From Synechococcus elongatus PCC 6301 (GTDB lineage: Bacteria; Cyanobacteriota; Cyanobacteriia; Synechococcales; Synechococcaceae), in contig NC_006576.1 of NCBI RefSeq assembly GCF_000010065.1, positions 720,001 through 752,000 of the forward strand: a stretch of DNA of 32,000 bases. The letters are read 5' to 3'. This document shows positions 20,190-28,759 of this stretch, piece after piece. A program made the position numbers and the translations under genes. The notes under the pieces were generated by a model. The model saw nothing but the letters and a program-made list of their open reading frames with translations. It ran no database searches and was not told the origin of the DNA. Every line of letters begins with the position of its first letter. Position 1 is the stretch's first letter.

Positions 20190-22820
20190 TTAGCTAGCGA
20201 TCGCAGTCTTGAGCTGATCGAGGGCTGCTGCGATGGCTTCTGGTAGCTTGCTGGCATCACGGCCACCGGCTTGCGCCAAGTTGGGACGACCGCCACCACC
20301 GCCACCACAGATTTTGGCAATGCCGCCGATGAACTGACCCGCTTTCAGTCCTTTGGCGATGATCGCGGGACCAAAGGCTGCGACTAGCGTTACTTTGCCT
20401 TCTTCAGGACTAGAACCGAGGACAACGGCACCGGCATCGCCGAGTTTTTGCTGGAGTCGTTCCGCTGCGGTTTGCAGAGCGGCTGCATCCACACCGGTCA
20501 GGGTTTCAACCAAGACTTGCGCGTCACCGACTGGGATCGCTTGGGACACCAGCGCATCGGATTTGGCGATCGCCAGTTCAGCTTTTAGCGCGGTTAGCTG
20601 CTTCTGATTGGCTTTCAACTCCTCTTGCAGCGCCGTAACGCGATCGCTCAGTTCCTCGGGTTTGGCCTTGAAGCGATCGCTCAAGTCGCGGACAACGGCA
20701 TCGCGGACGTTGAGGTATTCCAGCACGGCAGGGCCAGCCACCGCTTCAATCCGTCGCACGCCGGAAGCGACACCCGCTTCGCTGATGATCTTGAACAGGC
20801 CAATCTCGGCGGTATTGGCGACGTGGGTGCCGCCGCACAGCTCCATCGAGACGCCAGGCACGTCAATGACGCGGACTTCCGCACCGTATTTTTCGCCGAA
20901 CATGGCGACCGCGCCTTTGGCTTTGGCCGTCGCGATCGGCATCACCTCGACCACGGTGCCGTGAGCTTCAGCAATCCACTGGTTGATCTGGTCTTCGATT
21001 TGGCGCAGCTCTTCCGGTGTCACGGCTCGCGGACAGTTGAAGTCGAAGCGTAGGCGATCGAAAGCAACCAGCGAACCCGCTTGGGAAATGCCTTCATCGA
21101 CAATCAGCTTCAAGGCTGCTTGCAGCAGGTGCGTAGCGGTGTGATTGGCTTGGGCGCGGCGACGGCAGGCGCGATCGATTTGCGCCGTAACGCTATCGCC
21201 AACTTGCAGCAAACCCCGCTCAATCTGGCCGTAGTGGACGAAGAAACCTGATTCTTTCTGGACATCTTCGATCCGAACAATCAACGATTCGCCCGTGAGG
21301 ACACCGCGATCGCCAACTTGACCGCCGGATTCCGCATAAAACGGCGTGTGATCGAGCACGATCTGAACGCGATCGCCCGCTTCTGCGGCCTCAACACTTT
21401 GGCCTTCGCGGAGGAGCGCTGTGACTTTCGCCGTGGCAACCGCGTCGCCGTAGCCGACAAACTCAGACGGGTGAATCTGTTCCGCAAGGCGATCGAGCGA
21501 CCCTTGCACCGTCAGGTCGATCGTTTCGTGGGCAGCTTGCGATCGCTGGCGTTGGGCGGCCATCGCCGCTTCAAAACCAGCCAGATCGACGGTCAGTCCT
21601 TTTTCTTCGGCAATCTCTTGGGTCAGTTCCAGCGGGAAGCCGTAGGTGTCGTAAAGGACGAAGGCATCCTCGCCGCGAATCTGATCGGTGGCGGCAGCCA
21701 GCAGTTCCGCCAGCAGTTTTTCGCCGCGCTCCAAGGTTTCCAAAAAGCGCTGTTCTTCCCGCGTCAGTTCTGCTTTAATCGCCGCTTCCCGTTCCCGCAG
21801 GTTGGGATATTGCGCGGCCATTAAAGCGATCGCAGTTTCGGCAATCTCCGCCGTAAAGGGGCGATCGATGCCAATCAAGCGACCATGGCGCACCACGCGC
21901 CGAATCAGTCGCCGCAGCACATAGCCGCGCCCGAGGTTGGAAGCCGTGACACCATCGGCAATCAAATGAGTGACGGCACGCAGGTGATCGCCGATCACTT
22001 TCAGCGAGACTTTGACCGATTCCGACTCGCTGGCGTAGTCTCGCTGGGCGATCGCAGCCACCGCTTGAATGATCGGGAAAATCAGGTCGGTTTCGTAGTT
22101 ATTGGGCACGCCTTGCAGGACTTGAGCCATGCGCTCCAGCCCCATGCCCGTATCGATATTCTGCTTCTCCAGCGCCGTCAGATTGCCCGCTGCATCGCGG
22201 TTGTACTGCATGAACACGAGGTTGTAGACCTCGATGAAGCGGCTGTCATCTTCCAGATCCAGGCCGTCATTGCCCAGCTCGGGATGGAAGTCGTAATAGA
22301 TCTCGGAGCAGGGGCCACAGGGACCCGTCGGGCCGGAAGCCCAGAAATTATCTTTAGCGCCCAGTCGTTGGATCCGTGCTTCTGGCACACCAATTTGATC
22401 GCGCCAGATCGCAAAGGCTTCGTCGTCTTCTTCAAAGACACTAACCGCTAGCCGTTCCGCCGGCACTTGAAACACTTCCGTGACGAGTTCCCAAGCAAAG
22501 GCGATCGCTTCTTTCTTGAAATAGTCGCCGAAGCTGAAGTTGCCCAGCATTTCAAAGAAGGTGTGGTGGCGAGCCGTGCGACCCACATTCTCGATATCGT
22601 TGGTGCGAATGCACTTTTGCGACGTTGTGGCCCGTGGCACTTCCGCGACCTGCTGCCCGAGGAAGATCGGCTTGAACGGCAACATGCCTGCGATCGTCAG
22701 CAAGACCGTTGGATCTTCAGGGATCAGCGAGGCACTGGGTAGGCGACGGTGCCCCTTGCCTTCAAAGAATTTCAGAAAGGTTTCGCGGATTTGATCACCG
22801 CTAAGAGCAGGGGCAGCCAT
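20190..22820 (-). CDS. alaS: alanine--tRNA ligase
   Basis: I place the start at ATG 22818-22820 ([34 protein letters not shown]...). Motifs include [14 protein letters not shown], the editing-domain HTATHLL and C-terminal [14 protein letters not shown]. The track ORF has a 23-codon upstream extension. Confidence 0.96.
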   Translation of the reverse strand: MAAPALSGDQIRETFLKFFEGKGHRRLPSASLIPEDPTVLLTIAGMLPFKPIFLGQQVAEVPRATTSQKCIRTNDIENVGRTARHHTFFEMLGNFSFGDYFKKEAIAFAWELVTEVFQVPAERLAVSVFEEDDEAFAIWRDQIGVPEARIQRLGAKDNFWASGPTGPCGPCSEIYYDFHPELGNDGLDLEDDSRFIEVYNLVFMQYNRDAAGNLTALEKQNIDTGMGLERMAQVLQGVPNNYETDLIFPIIQAVAAIAQRDYASESESVKVSLKVIGDHLRAVTHLIADGVTASNLGRGYVLRRLIRRVVRHGRLIGIDRPFTAEIAETAIALMAAQYPNLREREAAIKAELTREEQRFLETLERGEKLLAELLAAATDQIRGEDAFVLYDTYGFPLELTQEIAEEKGLTVDLAGFEAAMAAQRQRSQAAHETIDLTVQGSLDRLAEQIHPSEFVGYGDAVATAKVTALLREGQSVEAAEAGDRVQIVLDHTPFYAESGGQVGDRGVLTGESLIVRIEDVQKESGFFVHYGQIERGLLQVGDSVTAQIDRACRRRAQANHTATHLLQAALKLIVDEGISQAGSLVAFDRLRFDFNCPRAVTPEELRQIEDQINQWIAEAHGTVVEVMPIATAKAKGAVAMFGEKYGAEVRVIDVPGVSMELCGGTHVANTAEIGLFKIISEAGVASGVRRIEAVAGPAVLEYLNVRDAVVRDLSDRFKAKPEELSDRVTALQEELKANQKQLTALKAELAIAKSDALVSQAIPVGDAQVLVETLTGVDAAALQTAAERLQQKLGDAGAVVLGSSPEEGKVTLVAAFGPAIIAKGLKAGQFIGGIAKICGGGGGGRPNLAQAGGRDASKLPEAIAAALDQLKTAIAS

Positions 22821-22908
22821 GGATTGCCGAAGCGAAATAAACGACAGGGAGCAGATTAAACCCATCATGCCGTATTGCTTGGGGGGCACCGCGCCCTAAA
22901 ATCGGGAA

Positions 22909-23412
22909 ATGCGATCGCCCGTGGGGGCTGAACAGACAGGAGTCTGCGATCGCGGCTGTGCTGGGGTGTTGACCCGCATGACTCGTTCTTCCTTGAGTTT
23001 GGCTGAGCGCTGGGAATCGGCAAAAGCAGGCTTGCTGGCTTTGGCGACGGCGGTAATTCCGGCAGCAGCGTTGATTGGCCTAGAGATTCAGCGACCCTCT
23101 GCCCTGCCGGCTTGGACGACTTTGGCGGTGCATAGCGGCGCGATCGCGGTCAGTGTTTTTCTCTTTGGCGTCACTTACCGCTACGCCATTCGCAGCGACA
23201 CGAATCCCCATCTGCGCAATGGTTTGGTGGGAGCCTTTGGGTTAGTGCGCGGACTAGGACTGCTGGAAAACGGCGCAACGACCAGTCTGGATTTACCGTG
23301 GTTAACTTCGCAGTTGGGCGGTAGTCTACTGCTGTTTGCGCTTTGTGCAACTAGCTTGGATTTTGCGATCGCGCGTGGTTGGTTACGCCCCATTCCCTCT
23401 TCTCCCCAATAA
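22909..23412 (+). CDS. hypothetical small integral membrane protein
   Basis: Several hydrophobic spans (LLALATAVIPAAALIGL, AIAVSVFLFGVTY, GGSLLLFALCATSL). A more likely start is ATG 22978 (MTRSSLSLAERW). The stop is 1 nt before the helicase start codon. Confidence 0.5.
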   Translation: MRSPVGAEQTGVCDRGCAGVLTRMTRSSLSLAERWESAKAGLLALATAVIPAAALIGLEIQRPSALPAWTTLAVHSGAIAVSVFLFGVTYRYAIRSDTNPHLRNGLVGAFGLVRGLGLLENGATTSLDLPWLTSQLGGSLLLFALCATSLDFAIARGWLRPIPSSPQ

Positions 23413-23415
23413 CCC

Positions 23416-26400
23416 ATGGCAGTGCTGCACGGTGGCTGGCTCGGCGATCGCTTCTGCGTTTGGGCCGAGGCTTGGCAGGCTGGTGAGCCTCAGTCGGCAG
23501 CAGAAATTGCGATTCATCCCTACGCGATCGCGGCCACTGACTTAAATGATTGGTGCCAGAAGTACCGTCTGGGATCCCTGACGGGGACGCCAACAGAAGT
23601 CCTGCTCTCTATTCCCAGTGACCTGAAGAAAGAGGCGGTTCTACCGTTTCTGAGTGGTCAGGAAATTCCAGATGGGGCGCTGCTTTGGTCTTGGCAGATC
23701 CCCGTGCTGTCGCTAGAAGCCGCGATCGCCGGTCAATGGCTGGCGACCTTGCCGCTGGGTTCGGCGGAGGATCATCCTTGGCTGGGGCCAGATCTACGCT
23801 TTTGGAGCCACATCTACCGCTGGGCACAAAGTTTGCTGGCTCGGGGGCGCTTTTATCCGGCGCTGGAGTCGAGCGATCGCGGTTTAACGGCAGTTTGGTT
23901 GCCACTGTTTAATCAAGCGGGCGATCGCCAGCGCTTCGATCGCTATAGTCAGCAGCTGCCCTTTAGTCAGTTTTGCTATCAGGCAATCGAAACAGCGGCA
24001 GCTTGTCCTTGGCAGCCTCAACCGCAGGATCTGTTGCTGCGAGTCCTACAGACTTGGTTGACAGCACGACTACAACCGGCGATCGCGGCGGGAACTCTCG
24101 TGTCTGCTGATCTGCTGGCGGCTTGGCAGCAATCGCTAGCGAATGGAAAACCGCTAAAGCTAGAAGACAGTGAAGCCAGTCGCTTGCAAACGGCGATCGA
24201 TCGCTGGTTACTACCAGTGCAGAATGGCGCAGCTCAGGCTTGGCGGATGGTTTTGCGCCTTGTCCCGCCTACGGAGCAAGAGCAGCCCTGGCAATTGGAG
24301 TTTGGCTTACAAGCAGCGACCGATCCCGATCGCTTTCGGCCGGCCTCTCTCCTCTGGCAGGATCCGCTGCCACCTGGGCTACCAGATCAATCTCAGGAAT
24401 TGCTGTTACGCGGCTTGGGACAGGCTTGTCGGCTCTATCCCCAATTGCAAACCAGTCTGGCGACAGCCTGTCCAGAATTCCATCCACTGACCACAGCGGA
24501 GGTCTATCAGCTGCTCAAGCAGGTGATTCCTCAGTGGCAAGAGCAGGGCATTGAAGTGCAACTGCCGCCGGGCTTGCGTGGTCAAGGGCGACACCGGCTG
24601 GGAGTGGAAGTCAGCGCCACGTTGCCGAGCGATCGCCCGAGTGTGGGGCTGGAAGCACTACTGCAGTTTCGTTGGGAGCTGAGTCTGGGCGGTCAGCGGC
24701 TGACCAAAGCAGAAGTGGAACGCTTGGCAGCCCTGGAAACGCCCTTGGTGGAAATCAACGGCGACTGGATTGAGGTGCGGCCGCAGGATATTGAGTCGGC
24801 GCGAGAGTTTTTCCGTAAGCGCAAGGATCAGCCAAATTTGACCTTGGCGGATGCGATCGCGATCGCCAGTGGTGAGTCGCCGAATGTTGGTCGCCTGCCG
24901 GTGGTCAATTTTGAAGCGGCGGGCTTACTCGAAGAAGCCTTGGCCGTGTTTCAGGGGCAGCGATCGCCTGCGGCTTTGCCCGCTCCGCCCACCTTTCAGG
25001 GCGAGCTGCGACCCTATCAAGAGCGGGGGGTGGGCTGGCTCAGCTTTTTGCAGCGCTTCGGGATTGGGGCTTGCCTCGCCGACGACATGGGCTTGGGTAA
25101 GACGATTCAGCTGCTGGCCTTTTTACTGCATCTCAAACACAGCAACGAGCTGACGCGGCCGGTGCTGCTAGTCTGTCCGACTTCGGTGCTGGGCAACTGG
25201 GAACGGGAGGTGCAGAAATTTGCACCGGAGCTTCGCTGGAAGCTGCACTATGGCCCCGATCGCGCTCAGGGTAAGGCTTTGGCGACAGCGCTCAAGGACT
25301 GCGATTTGGTGCTGACCAGTTACTCCTTGGTGGCGCGAGATCAGAAAGCGATCGCGGCGATCGACTGGCAAGGCATTGTGCTGGATGAAGCCCAGAACAT
25401 CAAGAATGACCAGGCGAAACAGACGCAGGCGGTGCGAGCGATCGCCCAAAGTCCGACGCAAAAGCCCCGCTTTCGGATTGCCCTGACAGGGACGCCGGTT
25501 GAGAATCGCCTCAGTGAGTTGTGGTCGATTGTCGAGTTTTTGCAGCCGGGACATTTAGGCACCAAGCCATTCTTTCAAAAGCGCTTTGTCACGCCGATCG
25601 AGCGTTTTGGCGATGCGGATTCGCTGACAGCATTGCGGCAGCGCGTGCAACCGTTAATCCTACGGCGACTGAAAACCGATCGCAGCATTATTGCCGACTT
25701 GCCTGAGAAGCAAGAAATGACGGTCTTTTGTCCGTTGGTACAGGAGCAGGCCGATCGCTATCAGGTGCTAGTCAATGAAGCGCTAGCCAATATTGAAGCA
25801 AGTGAAGGCATTCAGCGGCGCGGCCAGATTTTGGCATTGCTAACGCGACTGAAGCAGCTCTGTAATCATCCGTCGTTGTTGCTCGAAAAGCCGAAGCTCG
25901 ATCCGAATTTTGGCGATCGCTCAGCCAAGTTGCAGCGCTTACTAGAAATGTTGGCGGAGCTAACGGATGCGGGCGATCGCGCTTTGGTGTTTACGCAGTT
26001 TGCGGGCTGGGGTAGTTTGCTGCAGCAATTTTTGCAGGAACAGCTAGGGCGAGAGGTGCTGTTTTTGTCGGGCAGTACCAAGAAGGGCGATCGCCAACAG
26101 ATGGTTGATCGCTTCCAAAATGATCCGCAGGCACCGGCAATTTTCATCCTGTCATTGAAGGCTGGCGGGGTGGGGCTCAACCTGACGAAAGCCAATCATG
26201 TCTTTCATTACGATCGCTGGTGGAATCCGGCAGTTGAAAACCAAGCGACCGATCGCGCGTTTCGGATTGGGCAACGACGCAATGTACAGGTGCACAAGTT
26301 TGTCTGCGCTGGCACTCTAGAAGAAAAAATTGATCAGATGATCGCTAGCAAGCAAGCATTAGCACAGCAGATTGTCGGTAGTGGTGAGGATTGGCTAACG

Positions 26401-26475
26401 GAACTAGACACCAATCAACTCCGGCAACTCTTGATCCTCGATCGCTCAGCTTGGGTAGAAGAGGAAGAGCCTTAG
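23416..26475 (+). CDS. SNF2-family DEAD/DEAH-box helicase with long N-terminal region and SNF2-associated domain
   Basis: LRPYQERGVGWLSFL, DDMGLGKT, DEAQNIKN, TGTPVENRL, and helicase C motifs LSLKAGGVGLNLT and WWNPAVENQATDRAFRIGQ. The segment upstream of the ATPase (GGQRLTKAEVERLAALETPLVEINGDWIEV) resembles the bacterial SNF2-associated domain. Confidence 0.9.
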   Translation: MAVLHGGWLGDRFCVWAEAWQAGEPQSAAEIAIHPYAIAATDLNDWCQKYRLGSLTGTPTEVLLSIPSDLKKEAVLPFLSGQEIPDGALLWSWQIPVLSLEAAIAGQWLATLPLGSAEDHPWLGPDLRFWSHIYRWAQSLLARGRFYPALESSDRGLTAVWLPLFNQAGDRQRFDRYSQQLPFSQFCYQAIETAAACPWQPQPQDLLLRVLQTWLTARLQPAIAAGTLVSADLLAAWQQSLANGKPLKLEDSEASRLQTAIDRWLLPVQNGAAQAWRMVLRLVPPTEQEQPWQLEFGLQAATDPDRFRPASLLWQDPLPPGLPDQSQELLLRGLGQACRLYPQLQTSLATACPEFHPLTTAEVYQLLKQVIPQWQEQGIEVQLPPGLRGQGRHRLGVEVSATLPSDRPSVGLEALLQFRWELSLGGQRLTKAEVERLAALETPLVEINGDWIEVRPQDIESAREFFRKRKDQPNLTLADAIAIASGESPNVGRLPVVNFEAAGLLEEALAVFQGQRSPAALPAPPTFQGELRPYQERGVGWLSFLQRFGIGACLADDMGLGKTIQLLAFLLHLKHSNELTRPVLLVCPTSVLGNWEREVQKFAPELRWKLHYGPDRAQGKALATALKDCDLVLTSYSLVARDQKAIAAIDWQGIVLDEAQNIKNDQAKQTQAVRAIAQSPTQKPRFRIALTGTPVENRLSELWSIVEFLQPGHLGTKPFFQKRFVTPIERFGDADSLTALRQRVQPLILRRLKTDRSIIADLPEKQEMTVFCPLVQEQADRYQVLVNEALANIEASEGIQRRGQILALLTRLKQLCNHPSLLLEKPKLDPNFGDRSAKLQRLLEMLAELTDAGDRALVFTQFAGWGSLLQQFLQEQLGREVLFLSGSTKKGDRQQMVDRFQNDPQAPAIFILSLKAGGVGLNLTKANHVFHYDRWWNPAVENQATDRAFRIGQRRNVQVHKFVCAGTLEEKIDQMIASKQALAQQIVGSGEDWLTELDTNQLRQLLILDRSAWVEEEEP

Positions 26476-26553
26476 AGAAGAAAAAATTCGATAGAAGCCA
26501 ATATCATGCATGCAGAAATAATATGAGCCGAATCTTTCAAGAATAAAAGTTTT

Positions 26554-26640
26554 TTATTCTGAGTGAACTCAGAGTGTATTGGGTTCTAGGTTTTTATTTG
26601 ACTTCCAAAAAATAAATGTTATTCTGTTGACCCCAGAGTA
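26554..26640 (+). promoter_or_regulatory. two copies of a palindrome-like motif, TTATTCTG-N8-CAGAGT and TTATTCTG-N7-CAGAGT (possible operators)
   Basis: Copy 1 is at 26554-26575 and contains the perfect inverted repeat TCTGAGT-GA-ACTCAGA at 26558-26573. Copy 2 is at 26619-26639 and overlaps the candidate -10 and the predicted transcription start. Confidence 0.35.
26598..26625 (+). promoter_or_regulatory. candidate promoter of the islet ORF
   Basis: TTGACT at 26598-26603, a 16-nt spacer, then TATTCT at 26620-26625 preceded by TGn (26617-26619), an extended -10 pattern. It lies about 44 nt upstream of the ATG at 26669. Confidence 0.35.
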
Positions 26641-26668
26641 AATTTGTAATCTTTCAGGGGCTAATATT

Positions 26669-27757
26669 ATGGAAAAACGTTATCAAATATTTATTAGCTC
26701 AACTTTTATTGACCTCAAAGACGAGCGACAAGCTGCATTAAAGGCAATTCTAGAGATCGATCATATGCCAGCAGGAATGGAGCTATTTTCTGCAACTGAT
26801 GATTCGGCATGGCAGCTTATTCAAGATGTTATAGATAGTTCTGACTACTATATTTTGATTGTTGGTGGTCGATACGGCTCCCTAGATGAGGCAGGTCTTA
26901 GCTATACAGAAAAAGAATATGATTATGCACTTTTGACCAAGAAGCCTGTAATACCGCTGCTTCACGAAAACCCAGACAATTTACCAAGGGACAAGACAGA
27001 AACTGATAGTAATGCTTGGAAAAAATTACAAGACTTCAGAAAAAAGGTACAAAAAAAGCATACATGTGTTTATTGGCGAAACGCAGATGACTTAAAGGCT
27101 AAAGTAATTGTTGGATTGACTTCAGCGATCAAGCGACATCCTGCAGTTGGGTGGGTTAGAGCTGATAAGGTTCCAACAGAAACAGCTTTAGCTGAAGTTC
27201 TCTCTCTCAAGAATAAAATTACAGAACTAGAGAAGGAGGCAGCCTTATTAAGAGACAAGCCTCCATCTGGAACTGAGTTTTTAGCACAGGGAAATGACAA
27301 ATATGAAATTCACCTCTCTTTCAAATCTCGAGGAAAGTTCTCTATCTTTTCACATGATGAGGACAAAAAGTATAATGCATCGATAAACCTAACCTGGAAT
27401 GCCATATTTGCAGCAGTTGCTCCATCAATGATTAACGAAGCTTCTGCCCATACTCTTCGTCAAGCATTTACAGATTTCTTCAAACGGGAATCATTAAAGG
27501 CTTTCCAGAGTCAAAAGAGGTTTGAGAATTATGAGTTAGTTGATTTTTCCTTTCACAAAGATGAAATTGAGACCTGTATAGTTCAGCTTAGAGCTCTTGG
27601 ACTAATAAAGGAAAACGATCGAAAACGCAGTGTTAGCGACACTAGCACCTATTGGACGCTTACTCCATATGGTAATACCCTTATGGTTCAGCTTCGTGCA
27701 ATAAAACGTGAGCCTCTCGAGGATGAAGACCTTGATGGAACTGCTGTCGAATCATAA
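26669..27757 (+). CDS. DUF4062-type (TIR / nucleoside 2-deoxyribosyltransferase-like) domain protein with central coiled coil and winged-helix-like C-terminus
   Basis: 362-aa ORF with AT-rich codon usage. N-terminus YQIFISSTFIDLKDERQAALKAILEIDHMPAGMELFSATDDSAWQLIQDVIDSSDYYILIVGGRYGS...SYTEKEYDYALLTKKPVIPLL matches the DUF4062 pattern as I remember it. LKNKITELEKEAALLRDK is coiled-coil-like. The C-terminal IVQLRALGLIKEN...STYWTLTPYGNTLM looks like a wHTH. Confidence 0.75.
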   Translation: MEKRYQIFISSTFIDLKDERQAALKAILEIDHMPAGMELFSATDDSAWQLIQDVIDSSDYYILIVGGRYGSLDEAGLSYTEKEYDYALLTKKPVIPLLHENPDNLPRDKTETDSNAWKKLQDFRKKVQKKHTCVYWRNADDLKAKVIVGLTSAIKRHPAVGWVRADKVPTETALAEVLSLKNKITELEKEAALLRDKPPSGTEFLAQGNDKYEIHLSFKSRGKFSIFSHDEDKKYNASINLTWNAIFAAVAPSMINEASAHTLRQAFTDFFKRESLKAFQSQKRFENYELVDFSFHKDEIETCIVQLRALGLIKENDRKRSVSDTSTYWTLTPYGNTLMVQLRAIKREPLEDEDLDGTAVES

Positions 27758-27924
27758 TATTAGAAGCGAAGTAGTTTTCTAGCCGACAGAAGTCATTGTT
27801 ATCGATCAGTCTAATTGTCAACTGTTTTACTCCTAGCTCTATCTAGGTAGTATTTATTAATCTGCTTTTATGAAAGCATCTAATGCTAAATATTTTTTGA
27901 TCAAAATAAAAATAAAAGCAATAT

Positions 27925-28503
27925 CTATAAAGTAAAAGGAGTCCCCCACTGCCGCCAATTCTGCTTATTGAAGGGCGATCGCCAATAATCGATCAGGATA
28001 GTTTCGAGTTGTTGGCGAGGTCGTGTTTGCGTGGGTGCATTCAGCCAAAAGCCAATGCCCACCTCACAAGCCAAACCATGCTGATGATGGAGCGACTGAT
28101 AGCGAGCCACATAATCCTTGCAATCGTGTTCCCCTTTCCATCGCTGATTCGCCTTAATCGTTTCGCCCACATAGAGCAATAGCGAACAGTGATAGTCAAT
28201 CACAAAGTAAAGCGCTGCCGTGCCTGCACTTGCTGCAGGCCAACGCCAAAACTCCAAACTGCGGCGACGTAACTGCCACGGATCAATACTGTGGGCGATC
28301 GCCTCAGCCTCAGGTACCTGTCCAAATAAATCCGTTGGTAATGGCGGAGGTTGCGATCGCAACGCCGACTGAAAATTAATAATCCGCTGCTTCCAAGCCT
28401 CCAACGACTCTGCCGATTGCTCATGCTCGGCGGGCGTACTGCCATAACGAGCCGCCTCTAACTCCCGCACCTGTGATCGGCCAAATAGCGGCAACTGTTC
28501 CAT
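27925..28503 (-). CDS. GIY-YIG nuclease superfamily protein with ~95-aa N-terminal extension
   Basis: ALYFVIDYHCSLLLYVGETIKANQRWKGEH fits GIY-x(9-11)-YIG followed by conserved Arg and His. Downstream, LETILIDYWRSPFNKQ fits the catalytic Glu and the P-x-x-N element. Composition is host-like and includes HIP1 sites. Confidence 0.65.
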   Translation of the reverse strand: MEQLPLFGRSQVRELEAARYGSTPAEHEQSAESLEAWKQRIINFQSALRSQPPPLPTDLFGQVPEAEAIAHSIDPWQLRRRSLEFWRWPAASAGTAALYFVIDYHCSLLLYVGETIKANQRWKGEHDCKDYVARYQSLHHQHGLACEVGIGFWLNAPTQTRPRQQLETILIDYWRSPFNKQNWRQWGTPFTL

Positions 28504-28549
28504 TTTGAAGGAGGTATATTGTGGATGTTCAGTAATGCAAGTTGATTAT

Positions 28550-28759
28550 ATGAAGACTCACAGCTTCACAGCGATTGTTTACAAGGAGGATGATGTTTAC
28601 ATTGCTGAGTGCCCCGAAATTGGAACAGTTGATCAAGGAGAAACGATCGAACAAGCGATCGCAGGTTTAAAGGAAGCGACAAGACTCTACTTAGAAGAAT
28701 TTCCTATGCCAAAAACATCACCTCGATTTCTCACTAATATTGAAGTGAGCTATGCCTAA
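28550..28759 (+). CDS. hicB: HicB-family (UPF0150) antitoxin, short form
   Basis: MKTHSFTAIVYKEDDVYIAECPEIGTVDQGETIEQAIAGLKEATRLYLEEF is a typical HicB fold sequence. The track begins at TTG 28505; I prefer ATG 28550 by analogy with family N-termini. ATG 28535 is also possible. Confidence 0.8.
   Translation: MKTHSFTAIVYKEDDVYIAECPEIGTVDQGETIEQAIAGLKEATRLYLEEFPMPKTSPRFLTNIEVSYA

Larger units (their letters stand above)
26476..27924. other. compositionally foreign AT-rich islet with no HIP1 sites
   Basis: Hand counts of several 60-nt lines give about 28-45% G+C here, against ~50-60% in flanking lines. No full GCGATCGC occurs between 26095 and 27974. The nearest copies are at 26087-26094 and 27975-27982. 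Confidence 0.8.

Noticed and set aside
20353-22742. Series of plus-strand ORFs (84-188 aa) antisense to alaS
   Set aside because: They are all inside the alaS coding region, have no motifs, and are shadow ORFs.
22821-22889. 23-codon N-terminal extension of alaS
   Set aside because: The conserved AlaRS opening ([24 protein letters not shown]) begins at the internal ATG 22818-22820. The extension is hydrophobic junk.
27070-27300. 76-aa minus-strand ORF inside the islet gene
   Set aside because: It is fully antisense to the longer, motif-bearing 362-aa ORF and has no start context or motif.
26476-27924. Interpreting the AT-rich islet as an IS element, transposon or prophage remnant
   Set aside because: It has no transposase or integrase ORF, no terminal inverted repeats and no flanking direct repeats or tRNA that I could find. 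Only foreign composition is supported.
28507-28527. Strong SD-like GAAGGAGG followed by GTG/ATG, as a possible small gene start
   Set aside because: The GTG (28521) and ATG (28525) frames terminate after 4 and 6 codons respectively. The SD resemblance is probably fortuitous or part of the hicB leader.
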